A stretch of 64,000 nt of DNA, taken from NCBI RefSeq assembly GCF_023055435.1, contig NW_025963857.1, positions 30,814,001 to 30,878,000 of the forward strand, read 5' to 3'. Positions 1-13,900 of the stretch are shown here, piece after piece (the first letter of the stretch is position 1; every line of letters begins with the position of its first letter). The notes under the pieces were generated by a model. That model saw nothing but the letters and a program-made list of their open reading frames with translations, had not been told where the DNA came from and did no database searches. The stretch is from Haliotis rufescens (Eukaryota). The translations under genes and the position numbers were made by a program.

Positions 1-1804
1 ATATTGTTTCAAACTCACTCACTCATTCACAGTTAAAATAGTAAGGGCCCAATTAAGATCAACAGTTCCTGTTGCACTGATGCTTAATCTTTGAAGAGAT
101 TTTATTTTGATAGAACCAAGCAAATACATTTAAATTGAAACAGTCTTGTGAGATGGGAGTATCTTACAGTGAGGGTCAAAGACAGACTATATACAGCGTG
201 TTCAAGGTGGACTTAGAAAGCCACTAAATATAGTCTGTGACTTTGAAGCCAGTGACAAATGCACTTTCACACAGATAAGCTGGACAAACACATAGGACAT
301 GAATACAAGGATGGAATCTGCTTGACATGCTCTTATATACTTATCTCTTATCTCAGAATGTATGAGTGTTGTTTACAGTTACCAATAGATTGCTGTAAGT
401 AGTGAAACCTTTCCTGGATATTCCAAATTAGATAGTGAGTTAAATGCTTTTGTTTGTGAGTGGTATTCTTCCTTGATAGATCTTGTCTTGTTAATCATGT
501 TAATTCAGGAAAGTCTTGGGAATAATATTGTTATAAATTAATTTTCAACCTGGCCATAGGCCCTTAAAGATGCCATATCAGCACTCACAATTTATTTTCT
601 GCTACATCAGCAGAATGCACAAGCAATAACAGTTACTTCAAACATATCACATGCCTTTGATGTAAAAATATTTTGTTCAACATAGCCACATTCAAATTAC
701 ATTGCGGTGTAGCCAATATTAATCAGTGTACTCAATCTGCCCCCCAGTGAGAATCACAATAGGACACTGTAGGCTCATATTTTACAGCATTGTGTCCAGG
801 TCGGGCAGGGATCTCCCCCTTGCCCTGTTGGCAGGTCGTCCTCAGTACCTTACAAGCAAACATGGCCGTCAAGAGTCCTTCCACTCTGTCCACTTTGATG
901 TTATTACTGACCCATGTCTCCAGGTCATATTCAACAAGCAAACCAAGCTGGCTGTTTGTGAAGAAGATCTGGTCCTAGGGACCATCTCAAAACATAACTA
1001 TTCCTATTTCTTCACTTGTTTGTCTATTGTGGTTTTCAAATCCTTGCTGCTTGAGTAAGAGGATGTATGTCATGCTCAGTTGGCTTGAGTACAGAACATG
1101 TAGTTGGGTGTTATCTTTCTATTGTCACTGTGTAGTTTACTGTCATGTTGACATAATGACTTTGAGACAGCCCGTGGTACTGATGTCCAAGATTGATCAT
1201 CACTGTTCACTGCTACATAATCTGGAATGTTTTTTGCTATTTAGTACAATACGAATATAAGGCTCGATGAAGCTGAAAAAACATGCACCAGATCAACCCA
1301 TTATTGAAAAATGTAACCTGATATTTATCATGTTTATGTCTAGTGCATGTAAAAAAAAAATCAAATTTGTGTCTGCCTGACCCTTACTTGTCCAGACAAC
1401 ATCAATCTTTGAACACACTCAGTACCTCTAGGCTATATTTACTGTACTATATCACTAATCCCTGTGTTATGTGTACTTTGTCAAGCTTTCTTTGGTTTGA
1501 CATCATCAAACTGGGGGTACTTTAAGATTTGTGCATGTTCCTATTATGTTTAACAGCAATATGTAATTAATGTATCTGACACTGGCAAGAGACTGGCCCA
1601 TGTTTCAACTTTGATACATTAATGGGACCAGGGTGCAATTAGGTTTTCATGTCAACATGCATCAACATAAACTCTTTCAACACCACAGACCAGTACACCA
1701 GCCAAGCCTTAGCCACGTCAAAATAGTATATAATTCTATAAACCTACCTGTCAAGTCATTCATTTATTAAATCTATCACTTTTCACAATGTCAGAAATAC
1801 GTAT

Positions 1805-1962
1805 TCAGCATCAGAAACTAACAGTTTCATTCCACTAGTCCTTATAATGATAACATATAGCAAAACCCTAAGAAATGACATGTTTCTACTAGTCCTTATG
1901 ATACCTTAACTATTAGGCAGTTTGGCAAGGACTATAGGACTAGTGAAAATTTCTAACACTGC
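1805..1962 (-). mobile_element. ~155 bp MITE family rich in GGACTAGT; other copies at ~3120-3290, ~4915-5072 and ~9205-9360 (+)
   Basis: Four dispersed, similar copies with short inverted ends (CAGTGTTAGAAA...TTTCTACAACTG). Confidence 0.7.
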
Positions 1963-2920
1963 ATATTTCATTTCAATTCATCATATTTTATCAATATGTT
2001 AAAAAATGTTCAATGTTATTGGAAACAAATAAAATTGGGACACATGCTTCGACAACAAATCCCGATAGAATTTGTCAAAGAGCAAAATAATACTAATGAA
2101 TAAAATCAACAAAAATATATCTAGAAGTTGACAAACTTACATATCAGTTATCATTTCCATCTTTTCATCTGTTCGCGTGTAATGTATGTCAAATGACATC
2201 TCGGCTTTGGTCGCCTCAATATCTAGGTTTCGGACATGATGTTTAATGCCAAAATATATGCAGCAGAGGTCTTTGTCACAACTCGTAACCTATCACGATA
2301 GGTCGATGAAATTCCATGTATTAAATGTAGGTCATCATTTCCTGCTAAAACATTAAGAATAATATGATCTAACCAAAACTTATGGTCTAAATCTAAAATA
2401 TATCGTACTAGAGGACCGTATTCTTTGCTGTAATTAGATCATGTGCTTGAATTTCACCAATCACGATAATTGTCGCAGATTTTGGCAAAAAAGCATGATT
2501 AACCAATTTCTATCCAATAAAATCGCGTGTTACAGCTACGAAAATACTCCAGGGGGAGGTAACTGTCATACTGATGAATAAAAATTAGCTCAGTGTTAGA
2601 GCAGTAAAAGCTTCTGGTTGACTGGTGTTGAAAGAGTTGAATCAAGTTCCTAAAATCGAGCCCTGCGAATATGCTGAGTGCATGTTTAAACCATGGTTTG
2701 ATTATGTGTAGGTATTGTATATAACTGTCAACAGTCTCTGGATAAGACTTGCATTATGCGGTAAAATTATGAATGAAGAATATTTATTTTATCCTATTTA
2801 GGATTTTTTCTGTAACCACAACGTGTTAAGCTTGACGTGAAACACCTGATTTATTCATCGATGCATGTAACAAATATTGAATTAACAGATTTGTAGCCAA
2901 ACTCAACACATTATCTACTA

Positions 2921-3001
2921 ACGGATCATGCTGATAGCTGTACCGATCATGCTGATAGTGTAACGGATCATGCTCATAGTATTACGGATCATGCTGATAG
3001 C
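2921..3001 (+). repeat. 21-bp minisatellite, 4 copies
   Basis: acggatcatgctgatag units at 2921, 2942, 2963 and 2984. Confidence 0.85.
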
Positions 3002-5460
3002 AAATCAGATATGTTGCTTGTGGTATTGGTATTCTTCTCAGTCAACTTCTCAAGAACCCCAGGTCCCCCCTTAATTTTGTACTCTGTGTAATGCTGTTGT
3101 AGGCTATCTGTTCAGGTAACAGCAGCATTAGAAACTGGCACTAGTCCTATTGTCCTTGCCCTATTGTCCTTGCTAAACTGCCCAATAGTTTAGGTATCAT
3201 GAGGACTAGTAGAAATTTGCCATTATTAGAGTTTTACTATATGTTATTATAAGGATGAATGGACTAAAACAGTTAGTTTCTATTGCTGTAACAGTATCAG
3301 TGTATAGAACTTGAGATGCTGCTTTCCCGACTACAATCCCTCTAACAGTGTGCCCCTCACAATCCTCACGATCAGTGACTGACTGAGACGGACACTGAAG
3401 AGAAACTGTATTTTTAGGTGGACAGTCGTGGGGTTACTGTTTACCTGCTGATGAGGGCAAGAATGTCTCCTCAGGTTGTGGCATTCCCCGACACTTTACA
3501 AACAAAGACAAACTGTGCAAGTCAATTTACTTAGCTATAGTACACGGATAGTCCAAAAAAACCTACTGTCAATATTTGTTCTTTCCAATTGGGGAAAAAA
3601 TGAAATCATCATTAGATTGTTTGTGTGACCCCAAAGTAAACTGAAACAAATTTAAATCTTAAGAACAAATTTGTGTCGAATTTGTTGCGAGACAAAGCGT
3701 TAAATGTATTTGAAATGAAGGATTTGTTAACATTTCCTCACATTCAACCTCCGTTTGTGTTATTAACAGTATGTATGCTTTTAATCTTGTGGAGAATGTC
3801 ACAGCGTGCAGTCGTCATGGGTTACAGGAACAGTGACACTGCTTTCTGATGTTCAATTTCAACCTGAAAGCCTGAACACACACAAGAATGTTCTTACGGT
3901 CATTCTCTTGATGAGGTAGTTGAATGAAACCTTTTGAAGGTATGGATTTCAGAGTGATGCTGAGATATTTTAGATGTTTATAGCATGTCAAGCTTGTGGC
4001 AAATTCTTACACAAGGTAATCAACATCTGTCACAAAAGTCAAGTTTGTCATGGTAGTCAGTCTTCTTGATACTGATCCTCACCCAACCATCCTGTGGTAG
4101 TCGAGATATTCATGCGTGACCCACACAATACCTGTGTAGATAGGGAAGTTCATTCAGGCATTACTTGGAGACAATGTTATGTTAGCTAGGCCTATGTTAT
4201 GTACGTTAAGATGAATGGTTTCATATAGCAGTCATGTCATGAATCTGTGATCTTCAAACTAAACGTGTTTGCTGTGTGAATATTAAGAAGCTTTTAAGAA
4301 TATGAACCACAATACATTAGAATGGGATTAGAATAATGAATTCACCTTTAGAAGAATCATTGATCAGGTTCAGATTTCTGTTTTGTGAAGCAGTTTGTAT
4401 TTCAGCAAATGTTGAATTTAAACTGGAATTATTTTTTCTCAGGCGAAGAAAGATGTTGTATGGGTTTTACATTTTGTTGTAATATGCAGTAATGTGTTAC
4501 ATAGCTGTTGTTAAATGTTGCAGGATTTTGCTGGGGACTCTCATTCTTTCTGCTTATAAGAGTCTATATTGAGTCTAAAACCAGATGATCAATCAGGGTT
4601 TGATTTAAGGAACTTTTTTAACTTGCACAAATTTCTGGGACTCAATGTTATTTTATTGGGCACCATACTCACTGGTTTAACTTCGTAAACAAATGATCAG
4701 TCCACATGGTGCCATCACTCTGGGGTAGATAAGCCTCGCCTCCCCTAATACCCCAAGATTCGACTAAAAAGAAAATTGGATGGTTACTGTGTATGGTTTA
4801 GCTGATTGTGTTTTTGTACACTGATACCATGGAATATTGCTCATTCTGTCAACCACTAGTTTGCCTGTTCTAGCTTGATTCCTTAATGGCCATCATGATA
4901 TTGCTTGGATATTGCAGTGTTAGAAATTGGCACTTATCCTACAGTCCTCAGAAAACTGCCCAATAGTAAAGGTATCCTAAGGACTAGTAGAAATTTGCCT
5001 TCTTAAAGGTTTTGCTATATATGTTATCATCATAAGGACTAGTGGACTGAAACTGTTAGTTTCTACAACTGTATTGGTGAATGTGTCCAGTCGTTTAACA
5101 GCATCTACTTTCCTCCCACATTAAGATGTGAAAACCCTGAAAAGGCATAAAGCTTCAAGGACCCATAGAGAAGCCGAGGGTACATCTTTGCTTCCAGTCT
5201 GGTTACGTTTCCATCTGTCTACTGGCAGTGTACACAGCAATGGCGTGTATGTTTACCATGCTGACTTTATCTTTCTAGCAGTCGGGACTCGGGTTATTCT
5301 CATCATAAAGCACTTTGTTGTTTACTGACTTCTCAAGTATCAGGATACAAGCAACATTTGCAGCCTAGACAAACATTAATCTTCTGATAATGTAGCTGCC
5401 TCACAGTCTGTTATTAGTGTGATATTACAATCGCCTGAGATTAAAGAAGGTGGTTCCGCT

Positions 5461-5500
5461 CTGTGTCTGTGTCTGTGTCTGTGTCTGTGTCTGTATGTGT
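5461..5500 (+). repeat. (CTGTGT)n microsatellite
   Basis: Seen directly. Confidence 0.9.
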
Positions 5501-7026
5501 CGATCGTGTAAAACTTTTACACCCATGACAGTGGCATTTAATAAATCTGATCTAAATCAAAGTCTATAATGTCGCCTAGTGTTTTTGTACTTCGATTGTT
5601 GTATGTATTTTATGATTGGTCACCATTGCATACAATTGCTGGTAGTGGAAGTGATGATAGAAATCCTGCTGGGGAATCATGCAGGAAGCAGAGGTACTGT
5701 AAGGCCCTATGATGGCCGTCATATAGCTGGATTATTGCTTAGTGCAGAGTTAAACAACAAACAAATAGACAAAGCCATGATCCTTGGTAAAGTTGTTTGG
5801 CTTTGATTGCTGCTGGCCTATAGCCTAATTTTAATTGATGAGAATGGTTTACTAATTTTGACATGGTTTAATGATGTGTTTAATTTTGACATGGTTGCTT
5901 TATGGCCTAACTTACAGCTTACCCTGTTACTGCCCGGGACATACTAGCTTGTTCTCATCACCATATGGCTGCAGTATTGCCGATGTGATGTAACATTGTA
6001 ACTTAGTCTGTTAGTTAGAGACCCTCAGCTGCCTTGGCTGTAATGGAATGTGGGATATATTGATCATAACATCCGTTATTGCCATATGATCACAACATCC
6101 GTTATGACAATGTGTCATCAATGTTTCATGTCGCCCCAGGCATATAATCGTCGGAAAGTGTGTACAAGCGTAATGTCATGTTTTCACAAACACGCTTCAG
6201 GTGGAATGCTTGTGTTCGTGGTTAATTGAAATAATATTATAGATATAATAAGGAACTATTATTTTATTTTCCGGTTGTTAAGACGTTTAATTTGGATACA
6301 ACAAAGATTGTGTGAATTATTGTTAATGTTTTCAAGACAAATGTTTAGAAATGGTAATAATATAATCATATTCATTCGTTGTGCATTAGGTTGTTTGGCA
6401 AGATATTTGATAAATTATTGATTTACTTTATCTGTGTAAACTAGTGTGATTATGTTGACGTAAGCCCACATCATGTTTACTTGAATTAATGTTGGGCATT
6501 AGGATTTTGTCATAGATCATTTGTCATTGTTATTTTTCTGAAGTGATTTATCATCCATTATGGATGTCATTTGATTTGCGAGTTTAAGTGTCTTATTCCA
6601 TAAATGAATTATTTAATTTGTTGCTTATTCATTATGACTTTGTTCATGTGCATCTTAATTACAACTGGACATACTGAATAAGAGTTTGGTAAAAACTATA
6701 AAGTGTCCAGTACAGTCCTACTCAGATCATGGACACTCACGATCTAGCAATGCTTCAGTACAGACAAAGTAATCAATCACAAACTCATAATGATCAATCA
6801 TAGCAACATTGCTTGGATAATATATAATTCAGTTGAAGGGCTAGACATTGGGAATATGTTCATGTTAGCACTGCAAGCATTTGCAAGTGTGTGGAAACTG
6901 GTGCAGTATAAATAAAATCATTCCCAAAAAGGGAATGTAAAGTTTAAATACTGTTTGTGTGCAATATATTGTGTTAATACATGATTAGTTTACTGTAACC
7001 CTGTCGTATTTTTCTCTCTTTATCCT

Positions 7027-7197
7027 GGGGCAGTCGGGTAGCTTAGTGGTTAAAGCATTCGCTCATCGCGCCGAAGACCCGGGTTCGATTCCCAACATGG
7101 GTACAATGTGTGAAGCCCATTCCTGGTGTCCCCCGCTGTGATATTGCTGGAATATTTCTAAAAGCGGCGTAAAACCATACTCACTAACTAACTCACT
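7027..7197 (+). mobile_element. tRNA-derived SINE, family A
   Basis: A box (TAGCTTAGTGGT) and B box (GGTTCGATTCC); tail gctggaatatt..gcggcgtaaaacc followed by (CACT)n; sister copy at 39151. Confidence 0.85.
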
Positions 7198-8426
7198 TCA
7201 TACTCCCTCAGCATAGTACCATGAACAACTCTGTGATTTAAGTACCAGTTGTAATGAAAGAGGCTAAATAAATAAGATAAACAAAATAAACAGCTGAAAC
7301 AAATGGATAAGTTAAATGCCACATGAGAAAACATAGAGAAATATTCCTGAGAGCCTTCCAACAAGGTATCTCCAAGATGTCAGCTGTTTGTTCCGAGTGT
7401 TCTGTTGAGGGGGGAGGGGATGGGGGCTGTCTATTGTTCCCTGCATGAGACCATGCAGACAAGGAGATGGGGTCAGGCACAAGAGGCTGAGATAAGAGCC
7501 CCCACCTTGAGTGTCCTGGGGCAAACTCCAGATAACCTGGTGCGGCTGTTGTAGCTTCATGGTCATTTCATTAATTAACCACATACTTGACTGATTAATC
7601 ATTGGATCATGTGCTTCGCTGGCCGTCTCACTGCCCTGGTGAACCTATGGTTGTGTATGTGCAATCCCCATGCAGAGATTATGGTCTCGGGGATTCAGTA
7701 CAACCTGTTCAGACGTGAAGTTTTGATGAGGTGGTAATCAAAGTTAAATAAAAGCGCTAGTTATTTGCAGCCCTTGGTTAAATGTGAAAGCTTATGTACC
7801 CACGATCATTGGACTTACAGAGGCTAGAAAATATCTTTATGACATGATTTGTGCTGATTTGTGGGCTTTTGTTTTATTTGTTGATTTGAAATGTCTTTAT
7901 TTATAGGGATAAATATACGTAATGATTAGCCCTGTAATTCCACTGCTCTTGATGTGAAAGTTACTGGTATGGGAGTTGCTGGGGTCCTGGAAGTTTTCTT
8001 CTCACACATTTTATCAAGGGGTCTCCTAAATCATTAAACTGAAGCCACATTTAAGAATGTTTTCTTGCAATTTTTTCAAAATGTTTATTTTTTTATATCA
8101 TATATTTTTTAAAAATTGTTCATAGTATCTTTGTAATTAAATATTGACATCACTGTTTTGTTGGACTGTATTTGGTGTATTTCATCAAGTAAGGAAAGAT
8201 GAAAACACATTTGGCAATTATTTTAATTTTGGGGAAAATTATGTGATATGAGGCAGGGTGTTTGGTAGTGAGGCAGACAGGGATGAAAATCTGATATCGT
8301 ATTTGCCACATTAAGCATGTTAAGTGCCCTGATCCAATAAGGAGTCATAAGGACACCCTGACCATCTTCTACACCAATATATAAGTAATTATTATAAGCA
8401 GCTCCTACAAACACTGTATATTTACA

Positions 8427-8703
8427 GGGGGCACGGGTGGCCCAGTCGTCTAAGGCGCCACGATTTGCTGTGCAGAGTTGCGTCCCTTGGGCACTCCAGA
8501 AACCTATGATTGTTGGTTCGAATCCCGGTTCGCCCTGATTATGTTTCTAGGTTTGTCAGCACCATACCCGTGCTCGGGGGTTTCACCGAAGTGGTCAACG
8601 TCTGAGACCTGCTTCACTTCGGGCTTTCCTCCCACATTAAGCTGACATGCCATGATATAACTGGAATACTGTTAAAAGCGGCGTTAAACCCAACTCACTC
8701 ACT
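8427..8703 (+). mobile_element. tRNA-derived SINE, family B (V-SINE/RUDI-like 3' half)
   Basis: A and B boxes, ttcctcccaca core, (CACT)n tail; 15-bp TSD cactgtaYatttaca at 8412-8426 and 8704-8718. Confidence 0.88.
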
Positions 8704-9903
8704 CACTGTACATTTACATATCAGTCGATGTGTTCATGTGTGTTTGTATGTATTACACATTTTTTACAGGCAACAGCCGTGGAGAAGGGGTGTCTAGCTG
8801 CCAAGACTTAGTGACTATTATTGAAAAAGTTTTATTTTGAATTGACAGTTGAACTAATTTTGTTCACTACCAGTTGATCCCTTAAAACAAATTTGACTTC
8901 TTGTGTATGGTTTATATGCTTATTAGAATGAACATAGTAATTATTTGATTATAGCCTTAACATTAGAGTATTGACAAGGTCAAACACCGATCAACAAGTA
9001 GCCAGTGTATTTATTCACACAATATGTGACTACCCGTATAAAGCAAGACATCATACACATTGTTTTCTTATCAAAGTGTTAGGTTAAAACTGTACTTCAA
9101 TCCCAAATGTTTAATGCTTAGTATATATAGTCACTTGAAAAAAATAGAGGATATAGAACAGGCTGCTATTTAAATGTCTCTCCTTACAAAATGTCTTATC
9201 ACAATGTGAGAAATTGGCACTAATCCTATAGTCCTTGCTAAACTGCCCAATAAGGTATTGGTATCAAAAGGACTAGTAGATATTTGCCATTTTTAAAAGT
9301 TTGCTATATGTTATCATTATAAGGACTAGTGGACTGAAAATGTTAGTTTCTACCGCTGTATTGACTATCGAGTTAATGTTGTGATTGGAATTGTAATCAG
9401 GTGAGTCATATCTCATTACCAGCCATGGCTGACAGGACCTCAGGGGTGGGGCAGCTGTTACTTCAGGCGCTCCACCCACATTGAACAGATCACCCAGATA
9501 GTACTGAACTGATGTTCTCTCAAGGGTTCAAGACATACTCCCACTCACATTATTGGAAATGAGTCAACAGTGTGGTTCTGATCATGTTGTTTTGTAATGA
9601 GCACTGTTCTCATTATCGTGACACATTATGTGGAGCACTGGGAGCCCCTTTGAAACTGTCACTTAATATCCTGTGCCTGCTGTATGAAAGAATGAAGTTA
9701 CATCATTAAGAAAGTTCTAATGTTGACATTTCACCATGTGACACATTCAGTATCACAGGGAATGATGTTTTGAATATTTTCAAGTATTTTCTCATGCAGA
9801 CCCCGAAACAAAACTATCCAAATATTCCAACACAAGTCTCCAATACTTTGAAAAGTCTATTGGTTTGTCTGGTCCAGACTTCATTATTTACAGCCTGCTG
9901 TGA

Positions 9904-10067
9904 CAGGGTTCACATTAGGAATTATGACATGGGCCCTTAATGTGAAAATATTCCAGAGGTACACCCACACAGCAGAATGTTAAAATGCCCCATTGCATTT
10001 GAAAATGTGGGCCTTTTTTCAAATTTTGGGGCTAAAAGCACAAAGCCCCACCCTAGAATTATCCCTG
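9904..10067. mobile_element. CAGGG...CCCTG MITE inserted into a decayed family C SINE
   Basis: Short TIRs and a 6-bp TSD ctgtga; the flanks rejoin into the family C 3' sequence. Confidence 0.65.
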
Positions 10068-10296
10068 CTGTGATATGGCTGGAATATTGATGAGTGCTGC
10101 TTAAAGCAACAAAGAAAGGTCTTGAGATTGATTTGTATTTATCAAGTTACCCATACCTTTGAAAAAAAATGTGTTTGGTTTCAGAACTAAAGGGCTCCAT
10201 ATGTAACTTATTTAAAGGATGAATGACCTTGATAATATGGGCCACTGTTTAGTGAGATAATCCTGTGAAGCTAATGATGTTCTTCTGTTGTTTCAG

Positions 10297-10961
10297 GTGA
10301 AAGCTATGGTGAAGCGAATGGCTATGGAACTCTCCCAGTGAAGAGGAGGAATCCTATCACAAAGTTAATGAAAGATGAGACCCAGCCCAAACCTAGGATT
10401 CATATTGGAATGCCCGAGGACTTCCGGAGAGTGTCAGCCATTATTGATGTCGATATTGTGCCTGAAACGCTGCGTAGGGTAAAACTGATGAAAAATGGTT
10501 CTGATAAACCACTTGGTTTCTACATTCGTGATGGTACAACTGTGCGGGTTACATCACAAGGACTTGAAAAAGTACCTGGAATATTTATATCGAGGCTTGT
10601 CCCTGGCGGGCTTGCTGAGAGCACGGGACTACTGGCAGTTAATGACGAAGTTCTAGAAGTGAACGGAATTGAAGTTTCAGGGAAAACTCTAGACCAGGTG
10701 ACAGACATGATGGTGGCAAATAGTGCAAATTTGATCATTACTGTGAAACCTGTTAATCAGAGAATGACACTAGGGAATCAGCGTGGGGCGCCAGGGCGAC
10801 ACTCCCAGATGTCCTCCACGTCACAACACTCGTACCGGTCATCTAAATCGTTTGACAGTGACACAGTTATTGAACACGATGACGAAGATGAAGTTCATGA
10901 TCATCTTAGTAAACCTGAAAAAGAGAAATCGGACAAAGACAGCGCTGTTGTGACTTTGTAA
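10297..10961 (+). CDS. par-6: Partitioning defective 6 (Par-6), terminal coding exon: semi-CRIB, PDZ domain, C-terminal PDZ-binding motif. The PB1 exons lie upstream of the window.
   Basis: Acceptor tttcag|GT at 10291-10297. The frame reads [88 protein letters not shown], the Par-6 signature, and ends SAVVTL*. Confidence 0.97.
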
Positions 10962-13900
10962 CAAAGCAGGTGCTGTGTGTTTGGTTTGGTGTGCTGGTTT
11001 ATGACTGGTTTCTAGTGCAACAGTGATGTGCTTGTGCAGTCCAGACCCTATTCCACAAAATTATCTCAGCACTGGACAGTCATAGCACTAAGATCGCTTT
11101 GTGGAACAGGGCCCTGAATGGAATATTGACTATGTTGTTGCTGCATATATCCAGTGCTGGAAAGACACTCGCTACATTACCTCTCTAATACTATTGCATG
11201 GCATATCCACTCAGCTTCACATGGGCATGTGCACTGTGATGTGAACAGAGAATTCCAGCAACTTTTCAACCTTCACCTAAGGAAAATTGAATTATTATGC
11301 TTTTGATGATGTACAGGCATCGGGTAGCCTGGTGGTACATGTGTTGACTTGTCCTGCTGAAAGTCCCAGGTTCAGCTGCCCACACAGTGTGTCTGGTATT
11401 CCTTGTTGTGATTGGGCTGGAATATTGCCCATAAGAACATACTCACTATCTTGCTTGTTGCAAAGCATTGAACATATTGCATTGCTTGAGTTAAACTTAA
11501 CACAATCCTCACTCTGGAATGTTTATGCATTGATAAATAGGCAGGAAAAATGTGTAATAGGTGTAATGAAGCACTATGTGCTTAGTCAGCAAAATTCTTT
11601 CGGGAAGTGGTTTGGGTTAAATTTGACATTTGCATTGGTGAGAAACTCTGTCCCAGAAGTATATTTGAAAGTTATGTGCATATATTTTATTTGTGCTTCC
11701 TGCAATTTTTGCCCACTTGCTGGTGACAAGTATAACATGGTACAGAACAATATGTGGTAATGTTCTTTTCTTTCACAGGCTGATTAGCAACAGGCTTGCT
11801 CTGTATTTATTCCTGTATCTCTTCCATAGTAATTGATGGTGTTTTCTTTAATCTAATATGCAGTTATATAATTAAAATTTGCTTGATTCAATTATAAACA
11901 TCTTCATAAGCATAATTGTGCTACAAACATTCAAGTCTGCTCAAATATCTTTGGCACATTTTACTAATTTTAAACATATGGACTGATATCAGCAATTGTT
12001 TTCAAGATGAAAGAGATTTTGAGACTTTATTTCTCAGAGATTTTAGCTAAAAATCAATCAGCATGTGAAAAGTGTTAAGTCCTTAATAGCTTTAAGATAG
12101 AGAGTGTTACCTCACTGCCAGAATCTACTAAGTCATATGTTAGATTGTCAAAACTGTAAGTAATATATCTGTTGCACAGGTTGTGTGTGTTTGTTTAAAA
12201 GTGGTAAGAAGTATTTTAAACAGTTTATGTAAGATGTTATGATGGATTCTTATTTTCATAGTTCAAAGCTGCACTTTGTTATTGCACTTGGGGACTTGCA
12301 CTGTCACTTTCATGTCACGTTTAATGTCAACAACACAGCATGCAGAAAAGTATATTCAGCTGTGGGTATGGATTACTTTTGTGAGGTATATAATTGCATA
12401 CAAATGCTCAGCTGCCACATTTGATGAAGTAATTAATGTTTCCTCTGCTCAAAGTAAATACTTCCATTTTGGGATAGCTTTACCATCATATCATCTTGTC
12501 TGAGACGTCATGTTGAAATGTATGAAGATTGTGAACATTTGGCCTTAGCATGTGAACAAATTTACCCATCATCTAGTTACAAGTATGTACAAGTGGCTAC
12601 ACAATTGGGCAGAATTGGGCAGTCAGAAGTATTTCTGCCAACTCCTTCGCAGTATTAGTGATACAGCAAGACTTGGACACTTGTTCGATTGGGGAAGACA
12701 GTTTACATCTCTTGGAACTCGCCAAAATAATTACAATTTCAACTTCTAGGCAAACTATTAGAATCAGGAAATATTTGCTTGCCAACACTTGCCTGTTGAT
12801 ATAGAAATATCTGTATTATAAGCAGTTGCTTTTTAGCTGGCAGAAGACGACCTCTCTCACTGGTTGATCACCCAGCTATTGCCATAAGAGAGGTGTTGAA
12901 GTGTAGCTGTATGAGTAGGGGTGTCACGATATGCCTCCCTCACGTACTGATATATTTCACAATACTTGTTTTGTGCCATATCTGAATGAACTTCATGCTC
13001 CATTTGGCCAAGTTTGTGTGAAGTCGTTGCTGTGAACCAGTTTGTGTATGAATTGGTTAATTTAAGCATCTTCTAACTGTAAGAATAAACAGATGATCTA
13101 ACACTAATCAGAGTTATTTTCATAAGGTGTTTACTTTGTAAATATTACTTTTTGAAAATCTCTACGGACTTAAAATATGAATTGATACAGAAGTAATATT
13201 TGCGTTGAAACGTGAGTAGGCATACAATGAACAGTATTCTGTGTAAATTCAAAATGCATCGGTATATTGGTGAATCGTGACGCCCCTTGTGATGGGAGAT
13301 TCCTGTAAAGTAATAATCAATAATCATCCTGTGCTACGAACAATGAACCTAGATCTGTTTGCTGGTTTCTTTTCCAGGCATTTGAGGAGAGGTTGCAATA
13401 ATACAGCGCCCCTTCATGTTGGATTTATCTTGCTGCTAACACTATGTTTTTACATGCATGTGTTTGGATTCGTGGATACTTTATGTATATAACCTTGAAC
13501 AAGTGATAATGAACAACACTGAACAATATGGTGCTTCAGAGGGAAAACAACACTTTTTGCCTTGTATTTTATTTGGACAAGATAGACTTGTTGAAATGGC
13601 AGGATCTTTTTTATCACTGAAGTCTTTAATTGTACAGATTCTTCCTATTTGAGCATGTTGAGCATTTTATGCATGGCTGTTTTGTTGTATCAAATGCCAG
13701 GATTTGTGTATAAGAACTGTTATCAATCTGATGGTTTTGAATGTAAATATTTTGTAGTTGCCACCATCTTCTCCTGCCATGGCATAGTCTAAGGGAGGTA
13801 ACTTGGTGATACTGGCTTATCTCCCTTAGACACAGTGATGCTGTTCTTGTGCCTTTTAACAAAGCTAAGTATGGACAATTGAATTATTTTCTGAATGGTT

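Noticed and set aside
726-1260. Cluster of overlapping short ORFs in the Par-6 intron
   Set aside because: No recognisable domain or splice-compatible Par-6 PB1 sequence; possibly a decayed transposon, but unsupported.
3385-3480. Hammerhead ribozyme (ctgatgag at ~3448)
   Set aside because: No properly placed GAAA or stem II/III could be built.
7027-7100. tRNA genes (also at 8427, 16968, 39151, 46900, 57992)
   Set aside because: At 7027, 8427, 16968, 39151 and 57992 the A and B boxes run into SINE bodies, most with TSDs or simple-repeat tails. The 46900 segment is only a degenerate tRNA-like stretch. None gives a clean cloverleaf.
11287-11760. 157-aa ORF downstream of Par-6
   Set aside because: Non-ATG start, overlaps a decayed family A SINE in the probable 3' UTR, and has no recognisable motif.
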